The position numbers and the translations under genes are program-made. A stretch of DNA of 64,000 nucleotides from contig CAYTBW010000002.1 in the NCBI GenBank assembly GCA_964436255.1, forward strand, positions 616 to 64,615, in the 5' to 3' direction. A model generated the notes under the pieces. The model was not told where the DNA came from. It worked only from the letters and a program-made list of their open reading frames with translations, and did not search any database. This stretch comes from an uncultured Candidatus Saccharibacteria bacterium (GTDB lineage Bacteria > Patescibacteriota > Saccharimonadia > CAILAD01 > JADZBC01). Positions 7,982-18,103 of this stretch are shown here, one piece after another. Position 1 is the stretch's first letter, and the number at the start of each line of letters is the position of its first letter.

Positions 7982-9754
7982 ATGGAGCAAGACGACAAGA
8001 AGCAGATTGAGATTCCAGAAGTAGTGGCGGTAAGCGATTTTGCGCAGCGGCTCGGCTTGGGCGTTGCCCAGGTGGTGGGTGAACTTATGAAGAATGGCGT
8101 AATGGCCACCGTGAATGAAAATATTGATTTCGATACTGCCTCGATCATCGCAGGAGAGCTTGGTTTTGACATTGTTCCAGAGCCAAAGGAGGCCGAGGCT
8201 CGTCCTAGCCAATCGCTTGAGCAAACTGAAGAAAAGTCAGACGAGGAGGTGCGCCCGCCGATCGTAGCTGTAATGGGGCACGTTGACCACGGAAAGACGT
8301 CCCTATTGGACGCTATCCGTGAGAGCGATGTGGCATCTTCTGAGGCCGGTGGCATCACTCAGCATATCGGTGCCTACCAGGTGACGAAAAACGATCGTAG
8401 AATTACCTTCCTTGATACCCCAGGGCACGAAGCCTTCTCGGCTATTCGCGCTCACGGTGCTCGTATGACCGACGTTGCAATTATTGTAGTGGCCGGGGAC
8501 GACGGTGTTAAGCCTCAGACCAAAGAAGCCATTAACCATGCCAAGGATGCCGGTGTGGCGATCGTGGTTGCAATTAACAAGATGGATAAAGCTGATGCCG
8601 ACGTCAACCGCGTTAAGCAGGAGCTGAGCGAGATTGGTATTTTGGCTGACGACTGGGGCGGAGACGTGCCATGCGTAGAAGTCTCTGCTAAAACGCACGA
8701 TGGCATCACGAAGCTCCTGGACGTTGTTTTGCTTGTAGCCGATATCGCCGACCAAAAGGCCATTTTTACTGGCGCGGCAAGCGGTGTGGTTATTGAATCT
8801 CATCTTGAAACAGGTCGCGGCCCTGTAGTAACACTTTTGATCCAGAAGGGTACGTTGCGCACGGGAGACAGTTTGGTCGTAGGTACTACATATGGGAAGG
8901 TACGTAGCTTAGAAGACTATCGTGGGCGTAAGCTCAAAGAAGCGACTCCGGCTATGCCAGTAGTTGTTTCCGGTATCCGCGAAGTACCGAACTTCGGCGA
9001 GTGGTTCGAAGTAGTTTCTTCCGAGAAGGTAGCCAAGGACTGGGTTGCAAAGCAGGCTCGTAAGCAAAGTATTAAGAGTCTTACCAACACAAAGACGGTT
9101 ACGTCGCAAGACCTTAATCGGGCTGTAGTCGATGGTCAGGTAAAAGAGCTGGCAGTGCTGGTAAAGGCTGACGTACAGGGGTCGCTCGAGTCGTTGATTG
9201 ATAGCTTGAACCAGATTGGTAACGAAGAAGTCCGCGTCAAAGTAGTTTCGTCTGGTGTGGGTGACATTTCAGAGAGCGACGTTAACGCAGCCGATGCTGG
9301 TAACGCGATTATCCTTGGCTTTAATGTTAGTATTAAGGCCGCAGTAAACCAGCTCGCCAAGCGTAGCAAGGTGGATTTCCACCTATACAAAGTGATCTAT
9401 GAGTTGCTCGATGATATTCGTGATTGGCTTTCGAGCTTACTCCCGCCAGAGATCATCGAGATTGAACTCGCTCGCCTTGAGGTACTAGGGATCTTCAAGA
9501 CAACTAAAACCCAGATTATTACCGGGGGACGGGTGACTAGTGGTCAGCTACAATCAGGCATGACTGCCCGTATTTTACGTAAAGGCGAAGAAGTCGGTGC
9601 CGGTAAGGTTTCAAACCTACAGAAGGAAAAGCAGATAGCCCGTGAGGCCAACGAGGGTGATGAGTGTGGAATATCGCTTGATACTACCGACGCGCTTGAG
9701 CTTGGTGACGAACTCGTGTTCTACCGAATAGAAGAAAAGGCTCGCAAACTCTAA
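7982..9754 (+). CDS. infB: Translation initiation factor IF-2
   Basis: G domain 'AVMGHVDHGKTSLLD', DTPGH, NKMD; C-terminal IF2 domains. 590-aa short form. Confidence 0.9.
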   Translation: MEQDDKKQIEIPEVVAVSDFAQRLGLGVAQVVGELMKNGVMATVNENIDFDTASIIAGELGFDIVPEPKEAEARPSQSLEQTEEKSDEEVRPPIVAVMGHVDHGKTSLLDAIRESDVASSEAGGITQHIGAYQVTKNDRRITFLDTPGHEAFSAIRAHGARMTDVAIIVVAGDDGVKPQTKEAINHAKDAGVAIVVAINKMDKADADVNRVKQELSEIGILADDWGGDVPCVEVSAKTHDGITKLLDVVLLVADIADQKAIFTGAASGVVIESHLETGRGPVVTLLIQKGTLRTGDSLVVGTTYGKVRSLEDYRGRKLKEATPAMPVVVSGIREVPNFGEWFEVVSSEKVAKDWVAKQARKQSIKSLTNTKTVTSQDLNRAVVDGQVKELAVLVKADVQGSLESLIDSLNQIGNEEVRVKVVSSGVGDISESDVNAADAGNAIILGFNVSIKAAVNQLAKRSKVDFHLYKVIYELLDDIRDWLSSLLPPEIIEIELARLEVLGIFKTTKTQIITGGRVTSGQLQSGMTARILRKGEEVGAGKVSNLQKEKQIAREANEGDECGISLDTTDALELGDELVFYRIEEKARKL

Positions 9755-10083
9755 TGTCACGCCGGCTCGAAAAAGTGGCAGCGCTTTTGCAGCAATATGC
9801 CGCTACTGTCCTGAACCAAGAGTTTGCTTTCCCAGGCCTTGCCACTTCCGTTACCAAGGTGGACGTAAGCCCAGACCTTAAGAACGCACGAGTGTATGTT
9901 GGCATGGTGGGCCGTGGGCGGGAAGAGGCAAAACCCCGTATAGAGAAGGCAGCGCCAGGGGCAATTGCTGCTTACCTCGCAACCCGCACCGATCTTCGCA
10001 CAGTGCCTCATATTAGGATAGTGTTTGATGACTCAGGTGAGTACGCAGAGCACATATCACAACTGATCGACGGCATAGAATAA
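9754..10083 (+). CDS. rbfA: Ribosome-binding factor A
   Basis: RbfA-like sequence in conserved position after infB; start overlaps the infB stop. Confidence 0.8.
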   Translation: MSRRLEKVAALLQQYAATVLNQEFAFPGLATSVTKVDVSPDLKNARVYVGMVGRGREEAKPRIEKAAPGAIAAYLATRTDLRTVPHIRIVFDDSGEYAEHISQLIDGIE

Positions 10084-10120
10084 GATTGACGGCGTCAGCA
10101 TAAGCGTCTATCATAGCTGT

Positions 10121-10486
10121 ATGAGTAAAGTAGTTTTACTAGCCGAGGATAACGATTTTATCCGCAATATGTATCAGCTTAAGCTTTCCAAGGCAGGCCT
10201 GACTGTCGAAGAAGCAGTTGATGGCAAAATGGCCCTCGAAAAGATTAAAGCAAAGAAACCAGACTTATTGTTGTTAGATATGATGATGCCAAACATGAGC
10301 GGTATTGACGTGCTTAAGCAGCTCAACAAAGACAAGGTGATTCCAGACTTACCGGTAATCGTCCTTACTAACATCATGAACTCACAGGCGATTACGGAAG
10401 CTCGTGATCTTGGGGCTCGAGACTACATCATCAAGACCGACCTAACCCCTAGCCAAGTAATCGATAAGCTCAAGCCTTACCTATAA
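10121..10486 (+). CDS. Stand-alone response-regulator receiver (CheY-like) domain protein
   Basis: 'LLLDMMMPNMSGIDVLKQL' with phospho-acceptor Asp context. 121 aa, no output domain. Confidence 0.75.
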   Translation: MSKVVLLAEDNDFIRNMYQLKLSKAGLTVEEAVDGKMALEKIKAKKPDLLLLDMMMPNMSGIDVLKQLNKDKVIPDLPVIVLTNIMNSQAITEARDLGARDYIIKTDLTPSQVIDKLKPYL

Positions 10487-10505
10487 AATATTGCAGTATC
10501 ACGGC

Positions 10506-10533
10506 TAAAAAGCGCCCAGACGGGCGCTTTTTA
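10506..10533. terminator. Bidirectional rho-independent terminator
   Basis: AAAAAGCGCCCAGACGGGCGCTTTTTAG between convergent receiver gene and fmt. Confidence 0.75.
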
Positions 10534-10535
10534 GC

Positions 10536-11471
10536 TTAACTTATTAGGTTTCTGTATCCGTTGGCGAAGCCCAGCGCGTCCATAGGCTTTTTGCCAGCTG
10601 GCTGGATTGAGTCAATCTGTAAACTCCCCTGCTTGCAGCCAAGCAGGAGCGTCTTGCCATCGCGGTTGATTTTGCCGATTGGGGTGGTTTTGCTAGTAGC
10701 TCTGGCCGACTTAACTGCAAGGAGAGTGCCTTGAACTGTAATGTAGCTACCTGGCCAGCCCTGGAACGCCCGTACTTGCCGTTCTAGTTCTAGGGCAGTC
10801 TTTTCGGCTGGTTTTAGTTCGCCCATCTCCTTATTGATCTTGCTACTATACGAGGCCGCTTCGTGGTTCTGCACCCTTGGCTTCATCTCTCCGCGAAGGT
10901 AGTCTGGGATTGCGTTGATGAGCATATCATTGCTGAGCCCTACTAGCTTGGGGGTAAGGCTGGCTACAGTTTCGTCGGGCGCAAGTTCGATCTCTTCTTG
11001 AACAAGAATGCCCCCCGTATCCATGCCTTCATCTACAAGCATTACGCTGACTCCTGTGGTGGTGTCTCCGGCTAGGATTGTCCACGTGATTGGATCGGCA
11101 CCACGCCATCTAGGCAGAAGGGAGAAGTGGCTGTTGAGAATGCCTTGCCTGAACCCCTGTATGACGCTCGCAGGGATGATGATTCCGTAGTCGACGACGA
11201 GACCTACAGGAGACTTGAATGCTTGCTTGTTGCATAGCTCTGCAAGCTCAGCCTTGTTCGCCGGCTGATAACAGGGCACGCCTTTTGCTTGAGCCCACAC
11301 TTTCACATTCGGGCTGACTGTGTGCCCTGAGCTGGTTACCAGGTCTGGTTTGGTAATTACGGCTTCGACCGAGATGTTGTCAGCGATACCTTCGAGTGTG
11401 GCGAGGCTAACTTCTCCGGTGCCGAAGAATACAATACTAGTGGCTATGGCCGAGTTCGTCATGGATGTCAT
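10536..11471 (-). CDS. fmt: Methionyl-tRNA formyltransferase
   Basis: Fmt N- and C-terminal domains. Overlaps def in the conserved def-fmt order. Confidence 0.85.
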   Translation of the reverse strand: MTSMTNSAIATSIVFFGTGEVSLATLEGIADNISVEAVITKPDLVTSSGHTVSPNVKVWAQAKGVPCYQPANKAELAELCNKQAFKSPVGLVVDYGIIIPASVIQGFRQGILNSHFSLLPRWRGADPITWTILAGDTTTGVSVMLVDEGMDTGGILVQEEIELAPDETVASLTPKLVGLSNDMLINAIPDYLRGEMKPRVQNHEAASYSSKINKEMGELKPAEKTALELERQVRAFQGWPGSYITVQGTLLAVKSARATSKTTPIGKINRDGKTLLLGCKQGSLQIDSIQPAGKKPMDALGFANGYRNLIS

Positions 11472-12003
11472 TAGGGATTTCCTTCATTGGTTTAAGCTGA
11501 CCGTGCTTGTCGACCGCCAGCAGCTTAGAGCTGTCCGTGACGTGGTCGAGGAATATAATGCCGTTCATATGGTCAATTTCGTGTTGGAACACGCGTGCAG
11601 GGAAGCCTTCGAGGGTCAGTCGAACCTGGTTGCCATCTACGTCTTGAGCTTTGACCTTGATTTTTAAGTGGCGCTTAACTTTGCCGTAAATCCCAGCTAC
11701 ACTCATGCAGCCTTCGACATCCTCGACCATCTCGTCGCTGGCCTTAACAATCTCGGGATTAATGTAGGTACTGAAGGCCTCGCCGTCACCGTGCTCGTAA
11801 TCATCGCGTACGACCGTGAGCCGCAGCAGTTCGCCAATCTGCACGGCCGCAAGCGCGGCACCGATTTCGCTTTCTTTGTCGTAATCAAGCGTGGTCTGGA
11901 TCATTTCTTCAGCCAGGGCTCGAATCGAGTCATCGACAAAACCAATCTTCTTTGACTTCATTCGGAGGACGCTATTGGGTATGTTGATAAGGTTACGGGG
12001 CAT
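11437..12003 (-). CDS. def: Peptide deformylase
   Basis: 'EGCMS' and 'QHEIDH' metal-binding motifs. Confidence 0.85.
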   Translation of the reverse strand: MPRNLINIPNSVLRMKSKKIGFVDDSIRALAEEMIQTTLDYDKESEIGAALAAVQIGELLRLTVVRDDYEHGDGEAFSTYINPEIVKASDEMVEDVEGCMSVAGIYGKVKRHLKIKVKAQDVDGNQVRLTLEGFPARVFQHEIDHMNGIIFLDHVTDSSKLLAVDKHGQLKPMKEIPNDIHDELGHSH

Positions 12004-12005
12004 GG

Positions 12006-13946
12006 CTATAGAAGGTTAATTGGGTCCAGGTCGTGCTTCCAGCCATTCTTGGCTTGGCGTGCAATCTCCACGAGGCTTTGCCTCTTGAGGGACTTTAAAA
12101 TGATTTGATACTGGTATTGGCCAGCGGTGCGCTTGACTGTCCGCTCGACCGGTCCGAGTACCGTTACTCCTGGGTAGGTCGTGCGGATTTCCTGTGCCAT
12201 TCGGCCAGCTTCGGCCACGGCCTTACTGGCATTACGATGACTATAGGATAATTTTACCAGATATGCGAAGGGCGGGTAAGCATGAGTTTTGCGATTCTTG
12301 ATCTCCCAGTCGTAAAAGGCTGCATAATCGTGCTTTGCGGCGGCCGCTACGGCAGGGTGGCCTGGCGAATGCGTCTGAATAATCACGCTACCCGTATGCT
12401 TGCCACGGCCCGCCCTGCCCGCAACCTGAGTGAGCAGATCAAAGGTTCGTTCACTCGAACTGAAGTCGGGTATCGCAAGCATGCTCTCGGTAAGAACGAC
12501 TCCTACTGTTGTGACATTGGGCAAATCCAGCCCGCGGGCAATCATTTGAGTGCCAATTACGATATCAATCTCGCCATTACGCAACTGCTCGTACACGGTA
12601 GTTAAATACTCCAGGGTTGCATTGTCGCTATCGAGCCGGCAGATATTGCTGTCTGGAAACAGACTTATAACCTCTTGCTCGATACGCTTGGTGCCCGTTC
12701 CTACAAAGTGCATGTGGTGGTTATTGCAGTCGGGGCAGGTGTTGGGCGGGAGCTCGCTGAATCCGCAGTAATGACACAGGAGTCGAGCCAAGTCGGCGTG
12801 GAAGGTCAGACTCGTGTCGCAGCGTAGGCACGTCTGAATGTGCCCACAGTCTTCGCACAGCATAGCACTGGCGCTACCACGACGGTTTAGGAATAGAATG
12901 GTCTGCTTGCCGGCCTTAAGCGTAGCTTTCATTTTGTTCACCAGCTGGGGGCTTAAGCTCATGCCCGGATCAAGTTTAATAATATCTACACCAGGTAGTT
13001 CGGCGCCCAGGGCCCGATCATTGAGCTGTATGTAGTCTATACGCCCGGCTTCGGCGGCATGGCGAGCATAGATTGACGGCGTTGCGCTTCCAAGCACAAA
13101 CGGCGCCTTCGTAAGGCGGGATAGCTGGGCTACAACGGTATTTACCTGGTAGGTAGGGGCATTATCCTGTTTGTAGCTCGATTCGTGCTCTTCATCTACA
13201 ATAATTACTCCAAGGTTGTGAATAGGCAGGAATAGGGCCGACCGTGGGCCCAAATACACCTGCGGCCGATCAGCCGCCAGAGCCTCGTGCCATATCTTTT
13301 TACGGCGGGCAGGCGTGAGTTTGGAGTGGCTCACTACAAGTCGATCGCCAAAATGCACCCCAAGCCTTTCGACCATTTGTGGGGTGAGGGCGATTTCAGG
13401 GACGAGCACAATGGCCGACTTGCCTTCATTTATGATCTTCTTGATAAGCTCAATGTAGACCTCAGTCTTTCCTGAGCCCGTGATGCCGTGCAGTAGGTAG
13501 CCTGAATGGTTGCGCTTAAGGATTCGGGCAAGCGCCTGCTCTTGGTCCTTGTTTAGGGTAATGGCCTGCTCGGCGTGTTCGGAGCCCTTGGCTACCGACT
13601 TTAGCTCGGGGGCTTGGGCAAGCCCAGAGGGTAGGATGGTTCGCCACACCGAGCTGGCACTCGCTGCATAGTATCCCATCATCCAGCTCGCAAGCTTGAG
13701 AATGTGTGCGGGGAGCGGTTTCGCCTCCAGCCTGCCAACTATCGTTAATGTACTTGCGGTTGGCCGGTCATTGCTGTCGTCTGCTGTTGGGATTTCCATG
13801 ACTACCCCAAGCGTTTCTTTGCTACCAAATGACACCTTGACTACTTGCCCTGTCATTGTGTTACCGTCATCTAGGTCGTAATAGTCAAAGAGTTTTGGGG
13901 CTTTGCCGGGGTAGGATGCAACAGATATGGATAGGAGTTTTTTCAT
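12006..13946 (-). CDS. priA: Primosomal protein N' (replication restart helicase)
   Basis: Walker A 'GITGSGKTEVY', DEEH box, Cys4 zinc-binding insertion (CEDCGH...CLRCD...CHYCG...CPDC). Confidence 0.85.
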   Translation of the reverse strand: MKKLLSISVASYPGKAPKLFDYYDLDDGNTMTGQVVKVSFGSKETLGVVMEIPTADDSNDRPTASTLTIVGRLEAKPLPAHILKLASWMMGYYAASASSVWRTILPSGLAQAPELKSVAKGSEHAEQAITLNKDQEQALARILKRNHSGYLLHGITGSGKTEVYIELIKKIINEGKSAIVLVPEIALTPQMVERLGVHFGDRLVVSHSKLTPARRKKIWHEALAADRPQVYLGPRSALFLPIHNLGVIIVDEEHESSYKQDNAPTYQVNTVVAQLSRLTKAPFVLGSATPSIYARHAAEAGRIDYIQLNDRALGAELPGVDIIKLDPGMSLSPQLVNKMKATLKAGKQTILFLNRRGSASAMLCEDCGHIQTCLRCDTSLTFHADLARLLCHYCGFSELPPNTCPDCNNHHMHFVGTGTKRIEQEVISLFPDSNICRLDSDNATLEYLTTVYEQLRNGEIDIVIGTQMIARGLDLPNVTTVGVVLTESMLAIPDFSSSERTFDLLTQVAGRAGRGKHTGSVIIQTHSPGHPAVAAAAKHDYAAFYDWEIKNRKTHAYPPFAYLVKLSYSHRNASKAVAEAGRMAQEIRTTYPGVTVLGPVERTVKRTAGQYQYQIILKSLKRQSLVEIARQAKNGWKHDLDPINLL

Positions 13947-14110
13947 AGTAATTGTATAAAATTAGTATTCAGTATGACAAGATGTTGTTATGCTAGGCTT
14001 TATGTACTCAGCGGTCTGGATTAATGTGTTCAGGCTTTGGGTCGTATTGTGTTTTTGTCTTAGTCCGGCTAGTATCGAATATATATGTTCGCAACCAAAC
14101 AACTACACTC

Positions 14111-15427
14111 ATGAACATCAGAACGAAATTCTATCTCATTATAGCACTGACCCTATTTGCTGCCGTGATTGCTTTGCCGCGGGAGGATAGAGTGTTTTCT
14201 GCATTAGGTATAAAGGACGGGGCTTTGAAGGTGCGTCAGGGCCTAGATCTACAAGGCGGCGCGAGCCTTACCTATCAAGCCGACCTCTCGAAGCTGAAAG
14301 CCGAAGAGAAGCAAAAGGCTATAGCCGGCGTGATTGATGTAGTAAATAAACGTGTAAACCCAAGTGGTACCAGCGAGGTAGTAATTCAGACCAGCGGCAG
14401 TGACCGCGTGTCGGTACAGCTACCAGGTGTGACCGATGTAAACCAGGCAATTGCACTCATAGGCAAGACAGCAAAATTGGAATTTTACCGCGTCCCTTCT
14501 GGCAGCACCACCCCTGTGCCGACTCAGATAAGCGGTAAAGACCTCGCGAGCGTAGCAGTCGATTTTGATCCGCAGAGCGCTCAGCCGGTCGTAAGCTTTG
14601 AGTTGAAAGGCGGGGATGCTACGAAGAAGTTTGCCGAACTAACCACGCAGATCAATAAAGAGAGCGGCCGCTTGGCAATCGTGCTTGACGGCCAGGCGCT
14701 GTTTAACGGTACGGTTTCGACGCCAATCACTGATGGCCGAGGTCAACTCCAAGGCTTCGAGAGCTTAAAGGTAGCTCAGGAAACCTCAGTGCTCCTAAAC
14801 GCCGGAGCTTTGCCAGTGCCCGTTAAACTCGTAGAACAGCGCACTGTGGGCGCCACTCTCGGTTCAGAATCAATCACCAAGAGCTTAGTGGCGGGCTTAA
14901 TCGGCATCTTGGCCGTTATGACCTTTATGATCGCTTACTACCGTCTGGCCGGCGTTGTGGCTAGTATCGCCCTGGTAATCTATACGCTCATTAACCTCGC
15001 GTACTTTAAGTTTAGTGCCTTCATGCCTGGCTTCTTTATCTTTAGTCCTATCGTGCTTACTCTGGCAGGTATAGCGGGCTTCATCTTGAGTGTGGGTATG
15101 GCGGTGGATGCCAACATTTTGATCTTTGAGCGTATGAAGGAAGAAGTGCGTAATGGTAAAGACATGTCTGCGGCACTTAAGGCCGGCTTCAGCCGTGCGT
15201 GGGACAGTATTCGTGATTCGAACATATCTACGTTGATTACGTGTTTAATTCTGTACTGGTTCGGCGTACCGATCATTAAGGGCTTTGCAGTAACGCTAGG
15301 TCTTGGGGTAATCATCAGCATGTTTACAGCCATCACCGTATCCAGGACTCTCATGGGCATGCTCATTACCACCAAAGTTGGCCAGAACCCTCGTAATTAT
15401 GGCTATACAGAGGAGGGCAAATCATGA
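14111..15427 (+). CDS. secD: Protein translocase subunit SecD
   Basis: SecD periplasmic and TM domains. Start set at ATG 14111 (MNIRTKFYLIIALTLF signal-anchor); the longer ORF-track start is unlikely. Confidence 0.85.
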   Translation: MNIRTKFYLIIALTLFAAVIALPREDRVFSALGIKDGALKVRQGLDLQGGASLTYQADLSKLKAEEKQKAIAGVIDVVNKRVNPSGTSEVVIQTSGSDRVSVQLPGVTDVNQAIALIGKTAKLEFYRVPSGSTTPVPTQISGKDLASVAVDFDPQSAQPVVSFELKGGDATKKFAELTTQINKESGRLAIVLDGQALFNGTVSTPITDGRGQLQGFESLKVAQETSVLLNAGALPVPVKLVEQRTVGATLGSESITKSLVAGLIGILAVMTFMIAYYRLAGVVASIALVIYTLINLAYFKFSAFMPGFFIFSPIVLTLAGIAGFILSVGMAVDANILIFERMKEEVRNGKDMSAALKAGFSRAWDSIRDSNISTLITCLILYWFGVPIIKGFAVTLGLGVIISMFTAITVSRTLMGMLITTKVGQNPRNYGYTEEGKS

Positions 15428-16338
15428 ATATAGTTGGTCGACGTAAGCTGTGGTTTACCATCTCGCTGGTAATGATAATCCCAGGTATGATTTCGCTTGC
15501 GCTTTGGGGACTAAAGCTTGGCATTGATTTCCGGGGTGGTCAGGAAATGGAGCTACGCGGCGGTCAGGATCAGGCAAAGGTCCGAACTATATTCGTGAGT
15601 TCTGGTGCTGATGACGTGACAGTAACTACTACGGGCAATGGTGGACTACTCATTCGCTACCGCAGTGATGAAAAGGATGCTAAGAAGTCAGACGAAAAGA
15701 TTAAGCAAGACCTGAGTAAGGCCGGCTACGTCCAGGTATCGTTTAGCTCAGTCGGGCCGTCTGTGAGTAAGGACATCACTCGCAATGCGCTTATTAGTAT
15801 CTTCTTGGCCTCACTCGCTATCTTGCTCTACATTGCCTTTGCCTTCCGCAATGCGCCACCACCAGTGAGCCCTTGGAGCTTTGGTGGATCCGCGATTATC
15901 GCCATGCTTCATGACGCATTACTCTTGATTGGTCTGTTTTCGATCCTCGGCCACTTCTTTGGCGTACAGGTGGATAGCTTGTTTGTAACTGCAGTACTTA
16001 CGGTAATTGGATTCTCTGTGCACGACACCATCGTGGTGTTTGACCGTGTGCGCGAGAACTTGCGGCGCTATAACAAGCCATTTGACGAAGTAGTGAATCT
16101 GAGCGTGAACGAAACGCTGGCTAGGTCTCTGAACACCTCCATTACCGTCATCCTGACCCTAACGGCACTCTTGCTGTTCGGTGGTGAATCAATCCGACTC
16201 TTCGTACTCGCTTTGCTGGTAGGAATTATTTCTGGGACGTTCTCATCAATCTTCAACGCGTCACCAATGCTGGTAGTTTGGAACAACCGAAAACTCAAGC
16301 AAAAAGCTAAAAGAGAGCAAGCAGCCAAGAAGAAGTAG
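15424..16338 (+). CDS. secF: Protein translocase subunit SecF
   Basis: SecF TM domain; overlaps the secD stop. Confidence 0.85.
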   Translation: MNIVGRRKLWFTISLVMIIPGMISLALWGLKLGIDFRGGQEMELRGGQDQAKVRTIFVSSGADDVTVTTTGNGGLLIRYRSDEKDAKKSDEKIKQDLSKAGYVQVSFSSVGPSVSKDITRNALISIFLASLAILLYIAFAFRNAPPPVSPWSFGGSAIIAMLHDALLLIGLFSILGHFFGVQVDSLFVTAVLTVIGFSVHDTIVVFDRVRENLRRYNKPFDEVVNLSVNETLARSLNTSITVILTLTALLLFGGESIRLFVLALLVGIISGTFSSIFNASPMLVVWNNRKLKQKAKREQAAKKK

Positions 16339-16348
16339 GGCAAATCTA

Positions 16349-16843
16349 GTGAAAGATAGTCTCAGCGTTTATATCGGCCCAGGCAGATTGGCCGGTAGAG
16401 CTGTTTATGCGGCTCGGGACTTTCAAGAAGGCGAGATGGTGAAGAGCTGGGACTTGCGGGAGCTAAACCAGGCCGAGTATGATGCGCTCCCACAAAATGA
16501 GCGCATGTTCGTGCATTCATTCTGGGGCAAGATGTATTTATTCCCAGAGCCATCGCGCTATACCAACCACTCTGCGGATCCGAATACACATGCAGATATG
16601 GGGAAGATGTGCGATTATGCTTTGCGCCCGATAGCGAAGGGGGAGATGATTACCACGAATGCAACTCTCGAGATCTGGAATGAACTCAAGACGTTCGTTG
16701 GGGCTCTTGAGGGCACACGAGTATCTGAATTCGAGTGGATAACGGGCGGATATAGGAATGCCGCGGTACGTTACATGGTTAGCGGGAAAGCTAAAAGTCT
16801 CCGCCTACGAAGAGTGGATGGTAATTGGCGTGTGGTCGATTAA
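16349..16843 (+). CDS. SET-domain protein (putative lysine methyltransferase)
   Basis: 'RYTNHSADPN' resembles the SET 'NHSCxPN' motif, followed by 'GEMITTN'. GTG start. ~160 aa minimal SET size. Confidence 0.45.
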   Translation: MKDSLSVYIGPGRLAGRAVYAARDFQEGEMVKSWDLRELNQAEYDALPQNERMFVHSFWGKMYLFPEPSRYTNHSADPNTHADMGKMCDYALRPIAKGEMITTNATLEIWNELKTFVGALEGTRVSEFEWITGGYRNAAVRYMVSGKAKSLRLRRVDGNWRVVD

Positions 16844-16849
16844 CAGCTT

Positions 16850-18046
16850 CTATTTACTACGGACAATGTAGTAGCCGTCTTGAGCGTCAGGGTCGGCGCT
16901 GTCTTCTAGCTTGGCAGCTATGGTGAAGGTTGATCCATCGGACTTATATGCGTATTTGATCTTGGTTTCCGGAGTGCTGGATGGATCGTAGTTGATTATC
17001 GTGATGTAGGGAGGGGTAGTGTACTGCAACGGGTAAATGACCTTGATGTCATCGCCAGCTGGATATGTGCCCTGCTGCTGCTTGTAAACCTCTAATGCTG
17101 CCGAGATGGTATTTAGGTCGTCTTTACGCTTTTGATCGCGTGCGGTGGCCTCTGGTGACGCCTCAGGGGGTCCGGGGACTTGCGGCTGATTGGCGTTCGT
17201 CGCAGCTGGCACTACCTGGTTCCTGTTTTGGCGAGAGAGCATCCATACCCCAATTGCGGCCACAAGTGCTAAGCATAGAATGGTTCCAATCAGCAGGGTC
17301 GCTTGTTTGCCCTTGGGTTTCTTTGAGGCCGAGTCAGTTTTGGCCGCCTGCTCATCCCTGGCCATAGGTGGCTTGACTTGTGGTTCTGGGGCTTTCTCTG
17401 CTTGGTTCTGGTTAACTGCAGTACTACTCGCTGAATCTGCCGGGCTGGTCTGGTCAACACCTCGCTCCGCGATCTCTTCGGCTAGCTCATAGGCCATGGT
17501 GTGCTTTGAGGCCTCGACTTCTTCCTGCGTAAATGGCACAGGTGTCGGGGGTTTTTCGACGAGCTCTTGCTGGGGCAGCTCTGGGCGGTCAAGTTTCGAG
17601 AGCAGGGCTGCTTGGCTTAACTCCGAGTCGAGATTAGGTTGTTCGATTGGGCTTTTTAGCTCAGGGCCAGAGAATGAGTTTGGCAATTCTGGACCATCGA
17701 GCTTGCTTGGTAGTTCAGGGACAACCAGGCGCTTTAGGCGTGCTTTGAGCCGATGCCGGAAGCGCAAGGCGTCTTGCTTAGTTACTGTCTGTGTCATTGG
17801 GACGTTCTGAGCCGGGTCGGGCACTTGTGCTGGTGTGTGCTCAGTAGTGGGGGTGGGCGGGAACGGATCTTCCGAAAGGGTTGGCGTTGCATGAACTGCA
17901 GCGTGGGTATGCATGGGCTGTGAGGGGATAGGGTGCTCGTGTTTAACCAGGGTCCCGCACTCCATACAGACGTCACCAACGGCAGTATGAACCATTGGCT
18001 GCTTGCAGGTCGGGCAGGGTGGAGGGGTGTGTGGGTCTTCGATCAT
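16850..18046 (-). CDS. Membrane protein: cytoplasmic N-terminal zinc ribbon, Pro-rich region, single TM, extracytoplasmic type IV pilin/pseudopilin-like C-terminal domain
   Basis: 'CPTCKQ...CMECG' zinc ribbon. TM 'LLIGTILCLALVAAIGVWML'. Post-TM 'RDQKRKDDLNTISAALEVYKQ' resembles the pilin N-terminal helix continuation, and 'TFTIAAKLE' is pilin-like. Start set at internal ATG (MIEDPH). Confidence 0.4.
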   Translation of the reverse strand: MIEDPHTPPPCPTCKQPMVHTAVGDVCMECGTLVKHEHPIPSQPMHTHAAVHATPTLSEDPFPPTPTTEHTPAQVPDPAQNVPMTQTVTKQDALRFRHRLKARLKRLVVPELPSKLDGPELPNSFSGPELKSPIEQPNLDSELSQAALLSKLDRPELPQQELVEKPPTPVPFTQEEVEASKHTMAYELAEEIAERGVDQTSPADSASSTAVNQNQAEKAPEPQVKPPMARDEQAAKTDSASKKPKGKQATLLIGTILCLALVAAIGVWMLSRQNRNQVVPAATNANQPQVPGPPEASPEATARDQKRKDDLNTISAALEVYKQQQGTYPAGDDIKVIYPLQYTTPPYITIINYDPSSTPETKIKYAYKSDGSTFTIAAKLEDSADPDAQDGYYIVRSK

Positions 18047-18103
18047 GATAATTCTTACGTTTATTATACCGATTATTAGGTTATTTGCCCAGAAACATAA
18101 CAA

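Noticed and set aside
7787-9390. Multiple antisense ORFs (e.g. 7787..8224, 7903..8358, 8303..8803, 9136..9390) overlapping infB/ylxR.
   Set aside because: They fall entirely within strongly supported conserved genes on the opposite strand, lack RBSs, and are low-complexity translations typical of antisense frames.
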